64,000 nucleotides of DNA, taken from assembly GCF_006345805.1 (NCBI RefSeq), contig NC_043002.1, positions 86,738,001-86,802,000 of the forward strand. The letters run 5' to 3'. Positions 26,838 through 40,180 of the stretch are shown one piece after another. Origin of the DNA: Octopus sinensis (Eukaryota). The position numbers were made by a program, and so were the translations under genes. Position 1 is the stretch's first letter. Each line of letters starts with the position of its first letter. The notes below the pieces were generated by a model. It was not told the DNA's origin, did no database searches, and saw nothing but the letters and a program-made list of their open reading frames with translations.

Positions 26838-27050
26838 TTGTGTGTCTGTGTTTGTCCACCCCAACATCGCTTGACAACCGATGCTGGTGTGTTTACGTCC
26901 CCGTAACCCTAGCGGTTCGGCAAAAGAGACCGATAGAATAAGTACTAGGCTTACAAAGAATAAGTCCTAGGGTCGATTTCCTCGACTAAAGGCGGTGCTC
27001 CAGCATGGCCGCAGTCAAATGACTAAAACAAGTAAAAGAGTAAAAGAGTA
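26636..27050 (+). mobile_element. SINE-1, full length with (TAAAAGAG)n tail
   Basis: GGCGCAGGAGTGGCTGTGTGG ... AAGTAAAAGAGTAAAAGAGTA. Confidence 0.93.
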
Positions 27051-27359
27051 TACATATATATAGACACACACACACACACGCACACATACACACACACATA
27101 TATATGTATATACTTCAGAGTGTTTTGACTCCTATTTTTAGCAAAGAAGGCGCTTAAAAAAGTACCCTTATTGTATATATTTCTTTTACATATATATATA
27201 TAGTAATTTTGCCTTTATCTTGCATCCACTAACATTAATATCTCTCATGAGTAATAATGTTCTTTTATATATTTACATATATATTTACATATATATATAC
27301 ATATATATATACATACATATATGTATATATATCTATCTATCTCTCTATATATATATATC

Positions 27360-27882
27360 TATGATGAAAGACCGAGATCTCTGGAGATATGCTGTGACTG
27401 TGAAGACCTGACAAATAACGTGAGTTCATGGCGGTTTCCTGCACCAGCTTCACATAGCAGCCCCAGCCCATCCAAAGTACCTCAGATTGCAGGACAGCGC
27501 GCTGTGCTTACCTTGGATCATAGGGGGATCTGCTGTGTTTGAGGAGACCTATTGAGTCAAGTACACCAACATCAAAATAAAAATCAAATGGAAATTGCAT
27601 TTGTTATACCTGTGCTGGTGGCACGTAAAAAGCACCATCCGAACGTGGTCGTTGCCAGTGCTGTCTTAACTGGCTTCCATGCTGGTGGCACATAAAAAGC
27701 ACCCACTACACTCACGGAGTGGTTGAAATTAGGAAGGGCATCCAGCTGTAGAAACACTGCCAGATCAGACTGGTGCCTAGTGCAGCTTCCTGGCATCCCA
27801 GACCCCGGTTGAATTGTCCAATCCATGCTAGCATGGAAAGCAGACGCTAAACGATGATGATGATGATGATGATGATGATGAT
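27360..27882 (+). mobile_element. RTE LINE 3' end with (GAT)n tail
   Basis: MKDRDLWRYAV C-terminus, 3' UTR, then GATGATGAT... Confidence 0.85.
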
Positions 27883-28241
27883 ACATGCACATATATACCC
27901 ATGTACATATATGTTTTTTGTCTTTGTTATCGTACACATTCACTCGCTTTCTCACAAGAAATTGAATGCTCTTAGCTTAGATTTTTGGGGGCAGTCAGGT
28001 TGAACAGTCTCAAGTGGAACTACCTGAAACTGTAAGGGTAATTTGGTAACTTGTCCAGTGAGAGGAGGCTGTGAATGACCCATCATTGTTTATTCCTGTC
28101 CATCTTTTTATTGTTTTTACTGTATGCCTTTGTATCGTCTATCTGTCCGGATGCTTTATTGTTGTCTGTTGCATTCTTGTTCCATTTTTTCTTATTTATC
28201 TATACATATATACATATATATACATACACATATGTATATAT

Positions 28242-28298
<57 letters not shown>

Positions 28299-28954
28299 CA
28301 TATATGTGTGTGTGTATATACATATATATATAACATACATACACACATATACATAATATACATACATTCCACACATGCCAGCTTAATTTAATTTGTCCTA
28401 AGTCAAAAGACACCTGTTGTTATGTCCTGTTATTTGCATTGTATTTGTGTAACATTCTCCATTTTTTACAGTCCTTGTTTTCATATACATTCACTGCTTT
28501 CTTCCAAGGAATCTAATGCACTTAGGTTAGTTTTTCCTTGGAGCTGGCCAGATTGGAGCAATCTCGAGTATAACCAGCCGAAATTGCAAAGATGATGTGT
28601 GACCCCTGCTGGAGTGTCACCTTTTAGTTGAAGAAAATCACCCCCTGGACTTACTCTTTGTAAGCCTGGTGCTTAATCTAACAGTCTCTTTTACTGAACT
28701 GCTAAGTTATGGGGACGTAAACACACCAACATCGTTTGCCAAATGATGTTGGTGGGGACAAATACAGGCACAAACACACACACACATGAATATATACATA
28801 TGTTCAACAGGCTTCTTTTAGCTTCCGTCTACCACTCACAAGGCTTTGGTCAGCCTAAGGCTTTTGTAGAAGACCAGTTGCTGAAGATGTCACTCAGCAG
28901 CGCTGAACCCAGAACCATGTGGCTGGTTATAAATATAACAAACACACTGCACTC

Positions 28955-29300
28955 AAACTGCCACTGAATCTCAACAATGATGATACAACAACCTGTAACG
29001 TTAACAAAGAAACTGGAGCAACAGATGTGTTCAATTATAATTTGAAATGAGAGCACTACATCCCATAAAGTTGTTTTTGTGGACTTTATTTGAGTGTATG
29101 CAGGAGGAGAATTTCATCTTTTGACAGAGTAACAGTAATTTTAACAGGAAGCTTTAATCAGGCACTTCCAGTTATTCCGAATGTGACAAGTGCTGATCAA
29201 ATCAGAAGCTGCTTGAAATCATCACATTTATGGAAGCATTTCGCGAAAATTTGGAAGCAAACAAGAAAGTTTATCTCAATAAAGACCAACACTTAGTTGA
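28955..29300 (+). mobile_element. Helitron PIF1-helicase fragment
   Basis: LPLNLN...TCNVNKE, then FDRVTVILTGSFNQALPVIPNVTSADQIRSCLKSSHLWKHF, equivalent to the PIF1 motif GDFRQxLPVI...ACLKSSxLW. Confidence 0.8.
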
Positions 29301-29999
29301 TATTTCTCCAAGATTTTGGGAACTTGGAGAGAGAAGTTGTTGTATGTGATTAACTGGTGACATGTGTATGGTTGATATTAGTGAATTGACATCTTCATTA
29401 ACTAACTAAAACATTTCCCAACATTCAACATAACTATCACAACCATAAATGGTTCAGTGAAATAACAATAATGCTATCATGAGGATAAATGTGTAACAGT
29501 TACAGAGCGATGACTTTACAAAAATCTGTTATTCAAGAATTAAAGTAATGCCCCTGGACTTTTAAAGGACCTCCAAGATTATGTATAAGATCTTGTACCT
29601 TCTATTTTGTAGGCATTTACTGTAGTAGCTATTTTAATACCTTCACTTTTGCAGTCTTTCTCACAAAACAAACATTCTTATAGTTTTGATATATCTGCAT
29701 GCTTATTTGTTAGTTTAAAATAAATGAACTTTTCAATAGCTTGTTGAAAGCTTTTTGACTGGAATATATGTGACAGCAAACTGAGAATGAATAAGGAAGT
29801 TAGTGCAAGTTGTGAGACTATTTTTAACATAAACTGAGTTTCCTGAGAAAGTACTTTTTCTTTTTGTGACAAAGCTAGGGTTAATATTGTTTAGTTGTGA
29901 AATAATAAGTGGTTGTTGTTAATGCTCTACAGAGAGTCCTAGTTAAGGCTGCTTGAGAAGGCCTATGGCTTACAAGAAATCAATTGAATGCTTAAAATA

Positions 30000-31190
30000 T
30001 TACATTGTTCCAAAAATAATGGCCACTCTAAGTGTTTTGAAACACAATTTTTTCATAGTACTTTAATTATATTTTAGGTGAATTTTGACATACTTAATAA
30101 TTGACGTATGCTCTTCGTTAATTTTCTACTTATTTCAGACAGAAAACATTCTTGGAGCGTAGGCGCCCTTAATTATGAACATGACAAAAATGCACCTTTG
30201 CTTACTTTTCTTCCATGAGTTCAAGCTTGGGCACAATGCCTCCCAAACTGCTACCACTATCAACAGAACATGGGGAGAGGGGTCCACAACTGATCACACA
30301 GTATGAAGGTAATTTCAGAAATTCCATAGTGGTGATGAGAGCCTTGAAGATGAAGAAGGTAGAGGACGGTCATGCAATCTTGATAATGCACAATTGAAAG
30401 TAATTGTTGAACAAAACCTACGCCAAAGTGTCAGAGAAATGTTTCAAGCTTGAGCTCAATGAAAATCAAAGAGTTCAGTATTTTGAAGTGTGCTTGATGC
30501 TCTTTCTGTGAAACACCAATGATCCTTTTCTTGATCAAATAGTCACTTGTGATGAAAAGTGGATCCTTCATGGTAACTGTAAATGATCAGGTCAATGGCT
30601 TGATCACGATGAGTCCCCCAAACACTTCCCAGAGCTGAAGTTGCACCAGAAAAAGATTATGATGACTGTCTAGTGACCTGCAATTGCTGTTGTCCATTAC
30701 TACTTTCTGGAAACCAATCACAGCATTACAGCAGAGGTTTACTGCAATCAACTCACTGAAATGCATGCTCACTTGCAAAAAATGAGACCTGCATTGGTGA
30801 ATTGGCATGGCCTAATTCTGCTCCATGATAATGCAAAGCCACATGTTGCAAGAATGACACTGCAGAAACTCACAGACTTGGGATATTAGACTTTACCATA
30901 TCTTCCATATTCTCCTGATCTTTCACCCACTGACTACCATTTTTTTAAGCATTTAAACACATTTTTTAGTGATAAAACTTTCAGGTCCAAACCGGGGGTG
31001 GAATCAGCTTTCAAAGATTTCTTAGCATCAAAGCCAATAAGTTTTTATCAATGAGGCATAAATAATCTCGTTGATCGATGGCAGAGATGTTCATGGCTCA
31101 TACTTTGACTAATCAAAACATTTCTATTGTTAATTTTCCCAGAATAGAATTATGTTTCTGAAATTGGCCATTATTTTCAGAACAACCTAA
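30000..31190 (+). mobile_element. Second full-length mariner (1191 bp, different family), decayed
   Basis: Imperfect TIRs TTA(CA/GG)TTGTTC..AAAATAATGGCCA with TA at 29998-99 and 31191-92. Motifs IVTCDEKW, LHQKKIM, LLHDNAKPH and PYSPDLSPTDYHFF. Confidence 0.93.
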
Positions 31191-31604
31191 TAGCTTATGT
31201 GTTTTCCTCCCTGGATCTCACTATAGTTCCAGATGACAAGCAGTGGTTGGCCATATGTAGGAGTGTCATAGGTCAGGACATGAAACATTAATTGGCTATC
31301 CATTCTATTCTTCTATAATAAAATATTCAATGAAATTGGCATGAATATGGCAATCTTACTTAAGATTCCATGAAAGGGGTTTTGAATTTAGATGTAAAAC
31401 TCTTAATAAATCCAAAGAAACGGATATTGTAGTAAAAATAAAAAAAAAACAAAAACATGAATAATCGTGTCTGAAGATTAATAAGGAGAACTGTTTTCTG
31501 ATTTACATGGAATACTCAGTGTTATGTTGTTGCTGTTGATTATACGTATTTCAGTCTTGATCGTTCTATCAGTTTTCAGACAGTACATATTTCTGTACTA
31601 CCCT

Positions 31605-31818
31605 CAAGGGGCTAAACACAGAGAGGACAAACAAGGACAGACAAAGGGATTAAGTCGATTACATTGACCCCAGTGTGTAACTGGTACTTAATTTATCGAC
31701 CCCGAAAGGATGAAAGGCAAAGTCGACCTCGGCGGAATTTGAACTCGGAACGTAATGACAGACGAAATACGGCTATGCATCTCGCCCGGCGTGCTAACGT
31801 TTCTGCCAGCTCGCCACC
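31605..31818 (-). mobile_element. SINE-3 copy
   Basis: Matches 18416-18643. Confidence 0.85.
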
Positions 31819-32928
31819 TTATTTTCAGACAGTACAACCTGGACTACATCATCCAATGTGTTCTTTTTATAATTTGATTTGATAGAGATTATACTACTAT
31901 TTCTTGTGGGTTGAGGAGTCACATAAAGACTACCTCAGTGACTTGTTTCAGTCATTGGACTGAAGCTTTATTGGGGTACTCCCTTGAATGGTTTTAGTCA
32001 ATTATATTAACTTTGATTCTTGTTTTTAATCAACTATGAAAGGATGATAAGCAAATTGGAACTCCAAGTGGGATTTAAACTCAAAACATAGAAGGCCATT
32101 AGAAATAACAAAAGGTATTTTTTTGTCCATCACACTACCAATTCTGCCAACCATTACCATATGGTTCTATGATGCACTGACCTATAATTCTATCATTCCC
32201 CTTCATATGATTCTACCAATTCAATGTCCTATGATTCTACCATTCACTGTCTTATAATTCAACCATTCAACATCCTATGATTCAACCATCTCCCACCCTG
32301 AAAATAAGTAATATACTTTCTAATTTTGGCACAAAGTCAGCAATTTTGATGGGAAGGGGATAAGTTGATTACATTGACCCCAGTATTGTTGTTGATGTTG
32401 TTTCTTAAACTCAAATTATTATTTTTTGGGGGGATTGTGCAGATTTATATTAAGCTGTTCCAGTCATAACTATCACAGACTTTTTGTTCAGACAGTGTAT
32501 GCAAACCTACATTATTCAATAAGTCTTTCCATTTTTGGAACACACACATATGATACATCTGTTATCTTTTATCTGTTTCAGCCATGAGACTGTGGCCATG
32601 CTGGGGCATTGCCTTGAAGAACTTTTAGTCAAAGGAATCAGTATTTATTTTAAAAAAAAACCTGGTGCTTATTCTTTGGTCTCTTTTTACCAAACTGCTA
32701 AGTTACAGGAATGCAAACAAACCAACACCAGTTGTCAAGCTGTTGACTAACACAGACACAAAGACACACACACAGACACACATATATATATATATTACTC
32801 TATGACAAGACATTTATTTAACTTCATTTAAATACATTACTACTCTAGCTTTTAGAGCATGGTTCTTTTTTGGATATATCATCCATTGGTGATATGTGTA
32901 TGTGTATATATATATATATGTGTGTGTA

Positions 32929-32968
<40 letters not shown>

Positions 32969-34350
32969 TATACAATAGGCTTTTTTCAGTTTCCATCTAC
33001 CAATTCCACTTACAAGATTTTGGTTGATTCAAGGCTATAGTAGAAAACACTTGTCCAAGGTGCCACACCATGGGACTGAACCCAGAACAATATGGTTGAG
33101 AAGCAAGCTTCTTACCACACAGCCATGCCTGCACTTATGTGTGTGTTCATTTCCTCTTGTCTTAATATTGCATGTTAATTGTAAATAGCACATTACAATC
33201 ATACAAGCAGTTTTTTTTTTTTTTTTGTAAATTTCTGTGAAATATGTCCAGCCATCATGCTGTTTGTAAGTATTCAGGGGAAATATGACCTCAGTTGGAG
33301 ATAAGACAGAGTTGGCAACAATAAGAACATCTGGTCTTAGAAAATCTACAGTATTAAATTTTGTTTGACTCATACAAACATGAAATAGAAGACTTTAAAA
33401 CAATAATAATAGTGATATATTTTCATTGTTGTTGTTTAATCAACCCCAGTTCAGCCCTGACTAAATAGATCTATTATCTGAGTCATTTGAGTCATGGATA
33501 TCCAGTCATTTTTTTTTCAAGCAGTATGCATCCAGGAGAATATTATCAAGATGGTAGGGTGTGATTTGAGAGTAGTCTGGCTGTTGTTTTAGTAAGTCAA
33601 ACAACTCACTCAAAGCTGAAGAAGCTCACTCAATGCTCAAGTAATCATATAGTGATTCTATCTTAGTGCAAGCAACCATGTAGAAGTTGTGTCATGGCAT
33701 TAGTGACCCATATAGCGGTGCTGTCTCAGCTCAAATCATTAATCACAGGCACCCCCATTGGCTATTTCATGTCTGTTCATGTCTGTTGATTAGTATAGAC
33801 AAAGTAGATGAACTGAAATGGTTGCAACCAGAAATTTACTGTCCTCACAGATCATCTTCTACTTTGTCTTTAATAAAATATTTATAGAGGTGTGCATGCA
33901 TGTGCATGTTTGTGTTTATGCATGCATGTGTGTGTGGGTGTATCTGTGAGTGTGTGGGTGTGTCTATGTAGTTGTGTTTGTGGATGCATGTGTGTGTGTG
34001 TGTGTGTGTACATACTACTTTGATGATGAACAAACTGGTAGGCTCTGATAACCATTGAAAGAAGCAATGGTCAATGCTGTCAAATGACAATTCTAGTGGT
34101 CATTGCTATAAACTTTAGAAATATGTGGGTGGCTTTTACACAGATTGTATCCTTCCTTCATCATCATTATCACCATTATTACCCTCACTTTTTCCATGCT
34201 GTCATGAGTTGGGTGAAACTTCTTGAGGCAACTTCTATGGCCAGATGTCCTTGCAGATGGCAATCTTTACTTATTTTCAAGCCACAGCTGGAAGTTATGT
34301 TTATGGAAGATATAAACAAAGTCACCACTGAAACAAAATCAATGCTATCA

Positions 34351-34381
<31 letters not shown>

Positions 34382-34781
34382 TTGCATGCATACATGCACA
34401 GATATATACATGCATAAGAACAGCTTTCATCCACCAAATTTTACTCACAATGTATGGTCAATCTGAGGCTATAGAAGACACTTGCAAAGGTTCCATGCAA
34501 TGATATCAGACCTGAAACCATGTAAGTGTGAAGCAAATTTAACCATCAATGCAAGAACACACACATGCATGCACACATATATACATGCATAAAAACAGCT
34601 TCCATCCACTCTATTTTGCTCACAATGTATGGTCAACTTGAAGCTATAGAAGACACTTGCAAAAGTGCCATACTGTGATGTCAGACCTGAAATCATTCAG
34701 TTGTAAAGCAAATCTAAATGTGTAGCCATACCAGCACCTACAACCATATCTGTACCTTTGACTCATTTATATGCATAGTAG

Positions 34782-35229
34782 GGATCTTTTCAGTTTGAAC
34801 AGCAGCTTTTTCTAGCGGTGTCATATGAAATTGCCACCCATAATTATGACCCTAGTATCGATCTATTGCATTTCAATCTGTTTTAGATTTAGGGTTAGTT
34901 AGAGTTAGTTAGGGTTAGGGCTAGGATTAGGGGTGGGAGAAGGGTATCTTTTTTTCTTCAGAAATGTAAATAAACCCAGTCTGTTTCTTAAACAAGGGAC
35001 ATATTCATACGGCACAGAATGCTTTCACCTCAATAGACGGTCATTGATTGGTTAAAATTGCTGAAATACAAGAAATTAAAGACGAAATATGTTACAAACT
35101 ACAGAATTTTCTCAAGAAAGCCAAGAGAAAAAGATGTTTTATAAACACATTCTACCAGTATACGAAGTTTAAAATTTTTTAGTTACCTAGAAATTATGTT
35201 AAAAACTGCCATTCAAACCTAAAAGATCC
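34782..35229. mobile_element. MITE with ~29-bp TIRs, 8-bp TSD and internal TTAGGG-like tract
   Basis: GGATCTTTTCAGTTTGAAC.../...TTCAAACCTAAAAGATCC; CATAGTAG at 34774-81 and 35230-37. Confidence 0.88.
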
Positions 35230-36031
35230 CATAGTAGTAATCTTACTATAAAACAGCAAACTGATATTTGCTTATTCAATCAGGAGAAAAATTGCTGATA
35301 CAATATTATATTTTTATTAATATTTAGTAGAAACAACAGAGTCACTCAAAGGCTGAGAGTTTCATGCATTAACACTTACCAAACTAGTTTGATAAAAATA
35401 TACATATACTTTCATTCTGAGTTCTATGTTTCCTTTTTGCATCACCATACCTGTTGACGTAATATCATATGTGTTGTGGCATATGTCATGGAGAAAGGGG
35501 AGAAAAAAAAGAGTAAACTTCAATCTTTATAATATTTGCAAAAGATTCAGTGATATTGGACCAGCTGGATGACACAGTTAATACAAAGCCTGGAGTGTGG
35601 GCAGAGATGTCTTAGCAGCACTATAGACCCCCAGGAAAATCAGTGCACTGGACCCTATGGTATTTATTTATTGACAGTAAGCCGCAACTCCAGTCCTCAG
35701 GCAACTTCCCAGCATGCCCATACTTTATGATGACACTGAGTGTTGGAGTTGACATTTGGCAGAAAAATATAAGATTAAAGGAAACATGGAATGGTGAATA
35801 GTTTAGAAGAAAGAAAGAGAGAGAGGCATCAATTAAATGATGGTGTGTAAGGTAAAATGAAGAACAGGTATTAAAGACATCAATGAGCACAAGTTTCTCA
35901 AGGAAACGAACAACCCAGTTTCAAGCTATGAATATGAGGATGACAAAATATTACATCAACTCTGAAGAGAAAGCTATATGAAACGTTGGCTCTGCATCCT
36001 GGTGGAAATCTCACCTCATATCATCTAAAAT

Positions 36032-36781
36032 AGTTTTCTCTTTGGTTGGAAGACACTTCCACGAGAGATTTTGAGCTCTCATAAGGAGGCGAGTGTAAAT
36101 TCCATCCAACTGCCTCTTGAGCTTCTTTGATAACATCCAGGTTTCTGAGCCATATAGTAGAATTGGTTCGACTGTGGCTTTGAAGATTTTAAGTTTGAAA
36201 TCTCTACTTAGATTTGATGACCAGATCTTATGCATATCATTACAGGCTGACCAAGCCATACCCCTTCCAGTTAGAAAATATTTTTCAGATGATGATATGT
36301 ATGACCCAAGATATTTGTAATCAGAAACCATATTTAAGGGCGTATTGTTGAGAAATCCCTGTTGGACAGGCACTTGTTTACATATTCAGTCTTGGACTCA
36401 TTGAGGTAAAGACCTACACAATTTGAGGCTTGTTCAAGAGATTGTAAAAGAGACTTGGCATTGGAGAAAGAATCACTGATAAGAGCGAAAAATATAAGGG
36501 AAACTACCACCTGTATCATCTCTTGTGAAAGGTAGAAGAGTCCAGTTTGCTGGACATTGTTGTAGAGCTGAAAACGAGGTAATTTCTACTCTTCTCTTCT
36601 GGAAGCCATCTGCTCGCGATACCAGAGGGCGCACACTCTCCTACCCTGATGTAATCTCTAGGGATACAGGCATCCAGCAACAGGACCGCCCTAATGCTAT
36701 GATGGACCATGAAGTCTGGCGTAACATAGTAAATTCCATTGTCTCGACCACGGTTGAACAATGATGATGATGAGTTTTCTC
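36032..36781 (+). mobile_element. RTE-type LINE 3' fragment with a 5' inversion and 9-bp TSD
   Basis: Minus segment ~36041-36490 encodes ALISDSF...YKYLGS...LLYGSETW...NLSWKCLPTK. Plus segment ~36483-36772 continues I*GKLPPVSSLVKGRRVQFAGHC...WRNIV followed by (TGA)n. AGTTTTCTC at 36032-40 and 36773-81. Confidence 0.9.
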
Positions 36782-37489
36782 AATTTAGCTTTGCAATAAC
36801 ACTTTGCCTCTCTCATGAATTGGTCCATCAATTTAATGCTTCTTTCTAGTTACTTCTTTCTAAAGAATGTCCTCTGCCCTGGTAGCAGTGCACAAAAATG
36901 CTGTTGTATCAGTAATTTGGAATAAAGCTGCCCTACCCTAACTGACAGGCTGTGCCAGCAATCAGTACATAATGGGATTGAACATAGAAACATGTGATTA
37001 TGAAGCGTACTTTTTAACCACCCACAAATACAAGTAATTTGGTTTTTATTTTCTTACTGTCATCAAGTCATCAAGTCTTCATATGTGGTTAAGAAGCTGA
37101 CTTTGCAACAATGTGGTTTAGGGTTTAGTTTTACCTTGGATAAATGTCTTCTACTATAGCCTTGAGCCAACCAATGCCTTGTGAGTAAATTTGATAGATG
37201 GAAACTGTAGAAGCTTGTTGTATGTGTGTGTGTGTGTGTGTGTGCTTGAGTTTTTTTCCACCACCATCACTTGACAACTAGTATTGGTTTGTTAATATCT
37301 CTGCAGTTTAGCAATTTCACCAAAGAGACTGATAGAGTAAGTACCAAAATGAAAAAAAAAAAAGTACTGGGGTTGATTTGTTGTAGTAAACCCTTTAATG
37401 CAATGCTCCAGCATGACCACAGTCTAACACCTGAAACAAGTAAAAACATAGCATAAAAAGAGAAAAAGCTGTAACACAAGCTTATTCTT

Positions 37490-37810
37490 TGTTAACCTAG
37501 TACTTATTCTATCAGTCTCTTTTGCCGAACCACTAAGTTACGGGGACGTAAACACACCAGCATTGGTAGTCAAGCGATATTGGGGGGACAAACAGACACA
37601 CAAACATATACACACACATACATATATATATATGTATACATATATACAACGGGCTTCTTTCAGATTTCGTCTACCAAATCCATTCACAAGGCTTTTGTGG
37701 GCCTGAGGCTATAGTAGAAGACACTTGCCCAAGGTGCCACGCAGTGGGACTGAACCTGGAACCATGTGGTTGGTAAGCCAGCTACTTACCACACAGCCAC
37801 TCAAGCACCT
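37490..37810 (-). mobile_element. SINE-1 copy; an older plus-strand copy lies at ~37080-37450
   Basis: Family match. Confidence 0.88.
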
Positions 37811-39546
37811 ATGTCAACAAATTCCGTTTGACCCAAGTAAGCATGGGAAAGGGGTCATTAAATGATAATGATGAGGATCATGATAATGATGATGTGGAGA
37901 GAAAGAGAGGTGGGGAGAAGAGCAAAAACTGATCATCTACTATTTTGTTGTGGATTAACTCTAGGTCAGCTCTGATTCAGTAGACTTATGATGAAAGGTG
38001 TTTCAACCATGACTATTATCCCATCTTTTGTACCTCAGAGACATCATTATTCAATGTACTCTTTATCTAAGAGGACATTGTGTGATTTGAGGAATATTTG
38101 GCTTCTATTTCTAGCAGGTCAGTCACTCTGTTGCTTGCTCTTATTGCAATGTTAGTTAATACCAGGTCAGCCATAAACATCCCGTCTAGACAGTAGAGCT
38201 TCACACATTCCTCTGGCTCATTGACTCCTGACAAACTGACCAACACATGCCAGCATGGAAAACAGAAATTAAATGGGGATGATGATGGATTATGTTGCCC
38301 AATGTGTCCATCCTTTTTTAAGACAGTAGACTGAGATATGAAAGAAATTTTACTGTTATTTCTATCAAGTCAAGAACTACATTGAGACTCCATTGCTTTT
38401 GCTATCTTGCTGCTGTTGTTGTTGTCGTTGTTGTTGTTATGAGAAATGGAGATTGGCATAAAGTCTATGAGTCACTCCATCAACAGTTTCCAGTCACCTT
38501 CTCACATGATTTTCATTTTGAGGCTTAAAAGTAAAACTGCTATCAGTATAATAAATTATTTTTGAGTTTGAACAATTTTGATTAAAACCAGGAACTTGTT
38601 TCCAAAAATCTTCTTGATATTTTTAATAGTTTAAATGTTTTTGCAATGAAAAATTTATAAGGCAATTAAAAAAAAAAATGAAAAATAAATTAATATAAAA
38701 AATCTAACCTGCTATTATATGGCAAAGTGATGGCAGTTGTGGCAACAGTGAAGAAACAGTGATGGAGGTTGTGGTGGATATTATAACAAAGTTAATATAG
38801 AATTGGTTGAAATTAAGATGGCGATAGTCATAATGATAATTATGATGCTCTCTCAATCAATCAATCAATCATTCATTGAACATTTTTTACCCCAATTGCA
38901 TGTGAAGAGTGGCAGAAAGCCAAATCAATAGTGTTTTGGATCTACGAGAGAGTTGATAGTTTGTATCATTAGAACTGTTCAATGTCCATAACCAATACAT
39001 TTAACTCTCTGTCTGTCTGTTTCTCTCTCTTTCTTTCTCTCTCTCTCTCTCTCTGACTCTCTCTCCTCACTTCTCTCACTCTCTCTCTCTCTTTGGCTCA
39101 AGCAACCTTAGCTGTAAATAGGATCTACCAGAAAACACATCTCACTATTGCAATCTGGTATAATTTTTAACATAATGCATGTGGTTTGAGTGGAAGACTT
39201 AATCCAGCACTCACTTTAACACCACAAAGATCCCTGGGTACCCTTAGCAAAATCTACTTGGTGCAAGTTTTTGAGCAAGGATTCCAGTTAGAGGTTAGTT
39301 TCTTCTCTTTCTGTCTTGGAGGCCATGAAGACCTTTGTCTTCCTTTTCTGATTAAACCATGAAATTAAAATTGAATGGTGCCATGTACAGAATAATGAGG
39401 ATATACTGAATGAGGTGCAACACATCAGCAGCTTTTCAAGAGTTTTATTATATAAATAAATATAAAATTTGTTTTAAAACAGAGATGAGGACTCACATTG
39501 CACTTTGCCATAAAGAAATTTTTTTCTCTTTTAGTCACGAAGTAAG

Positions 39547-39695
39547 CAGTGGCATAGCTAAAGTGTGTGCCACCCAGTGTAGTCCTGGGCTCCCAAGTTT
39601 ATTCAGGCTTATATAGATGACCCCAAAATGCCATCACCAGAAAAGCATCACCCAGGGTGGACTGCATCACTGCTCAGCCTCCAGCTACACTACTG
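39547..39695. mobile_element. Short MITE with CAGTGGC(A)TAGCT-type termini
   Basis: CAGTGGCATAGCT ... AGCTACACTACTG imperfect TIR; no TSD found. Confidence 0.5.
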
Positions 39696-39950
39696 GATGG
39701 AAGTCATTATCCATGATGTCCATGACCCTTTTTAAGACCTCCAAGACTAGTGAAAGGGAGTGGAGGAAAGTCTCCTCAAATTGTAGAGTTGGCTTAAATG
39801 CTTATGACTCAACAGACTCCACTAAAGGCACACACAAGATGCCAAGTGAGAGTGTTAAACTGAGCAATGGATTAAGTGTGCCATCCAGGGAATACCTATT
39901 CTTGAGTGTAATGCATTTTCTGACATCTTTTGGCATTTTTTGACATGCCT

Positions 39951-40180
39951 TAACCCTTTAGCATTTCAATTGGCTATATCCTGCTCAAATATTCTATCTG
40001 TTATATGTTCAAACTGGCCAGATCCAGCCTCTCACCCCTACCTTGTAATGTCATTCTTCTAAAAATTAATAATCACATCAAACTCTTGAAGCTACAAGAT
40101 GGTGCTTGATTAATTTTTAAAATGTGAATGAATAAGCATTACATTTGACATAAATAGTGATCTGAATGCTAGAGGGTTCA
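39951..40180 (-). mobile_element. piggyBac-type MITE A copy
   Basis: TTAACCCTTTAGCATT ... AATGCTAGAGGGTT. Confidence 0.75.

Noticed and set aside
28540-28600. GCTGG...CCAGCCGAAA hairpin resembling a hammerhead
   Set aside because: The core is degenerate (CTTGGAG) and there is no stem I or stem III support.
34380-34740. ~180-bp tandem duplication of a SINE head
   Set aside because: Old, diverged direct duplication with no further structure.
35955-36030. CTGAAGAG...GAAACGT hammerhead candidate
   Set aside because: Stem II and stem I do not pair; at best a dead relic related to the 61363 family.
39617-39943. 108-aa ORF
   Set aside because: It spans a MITE boundary and has no recognisable domain or splice signals.
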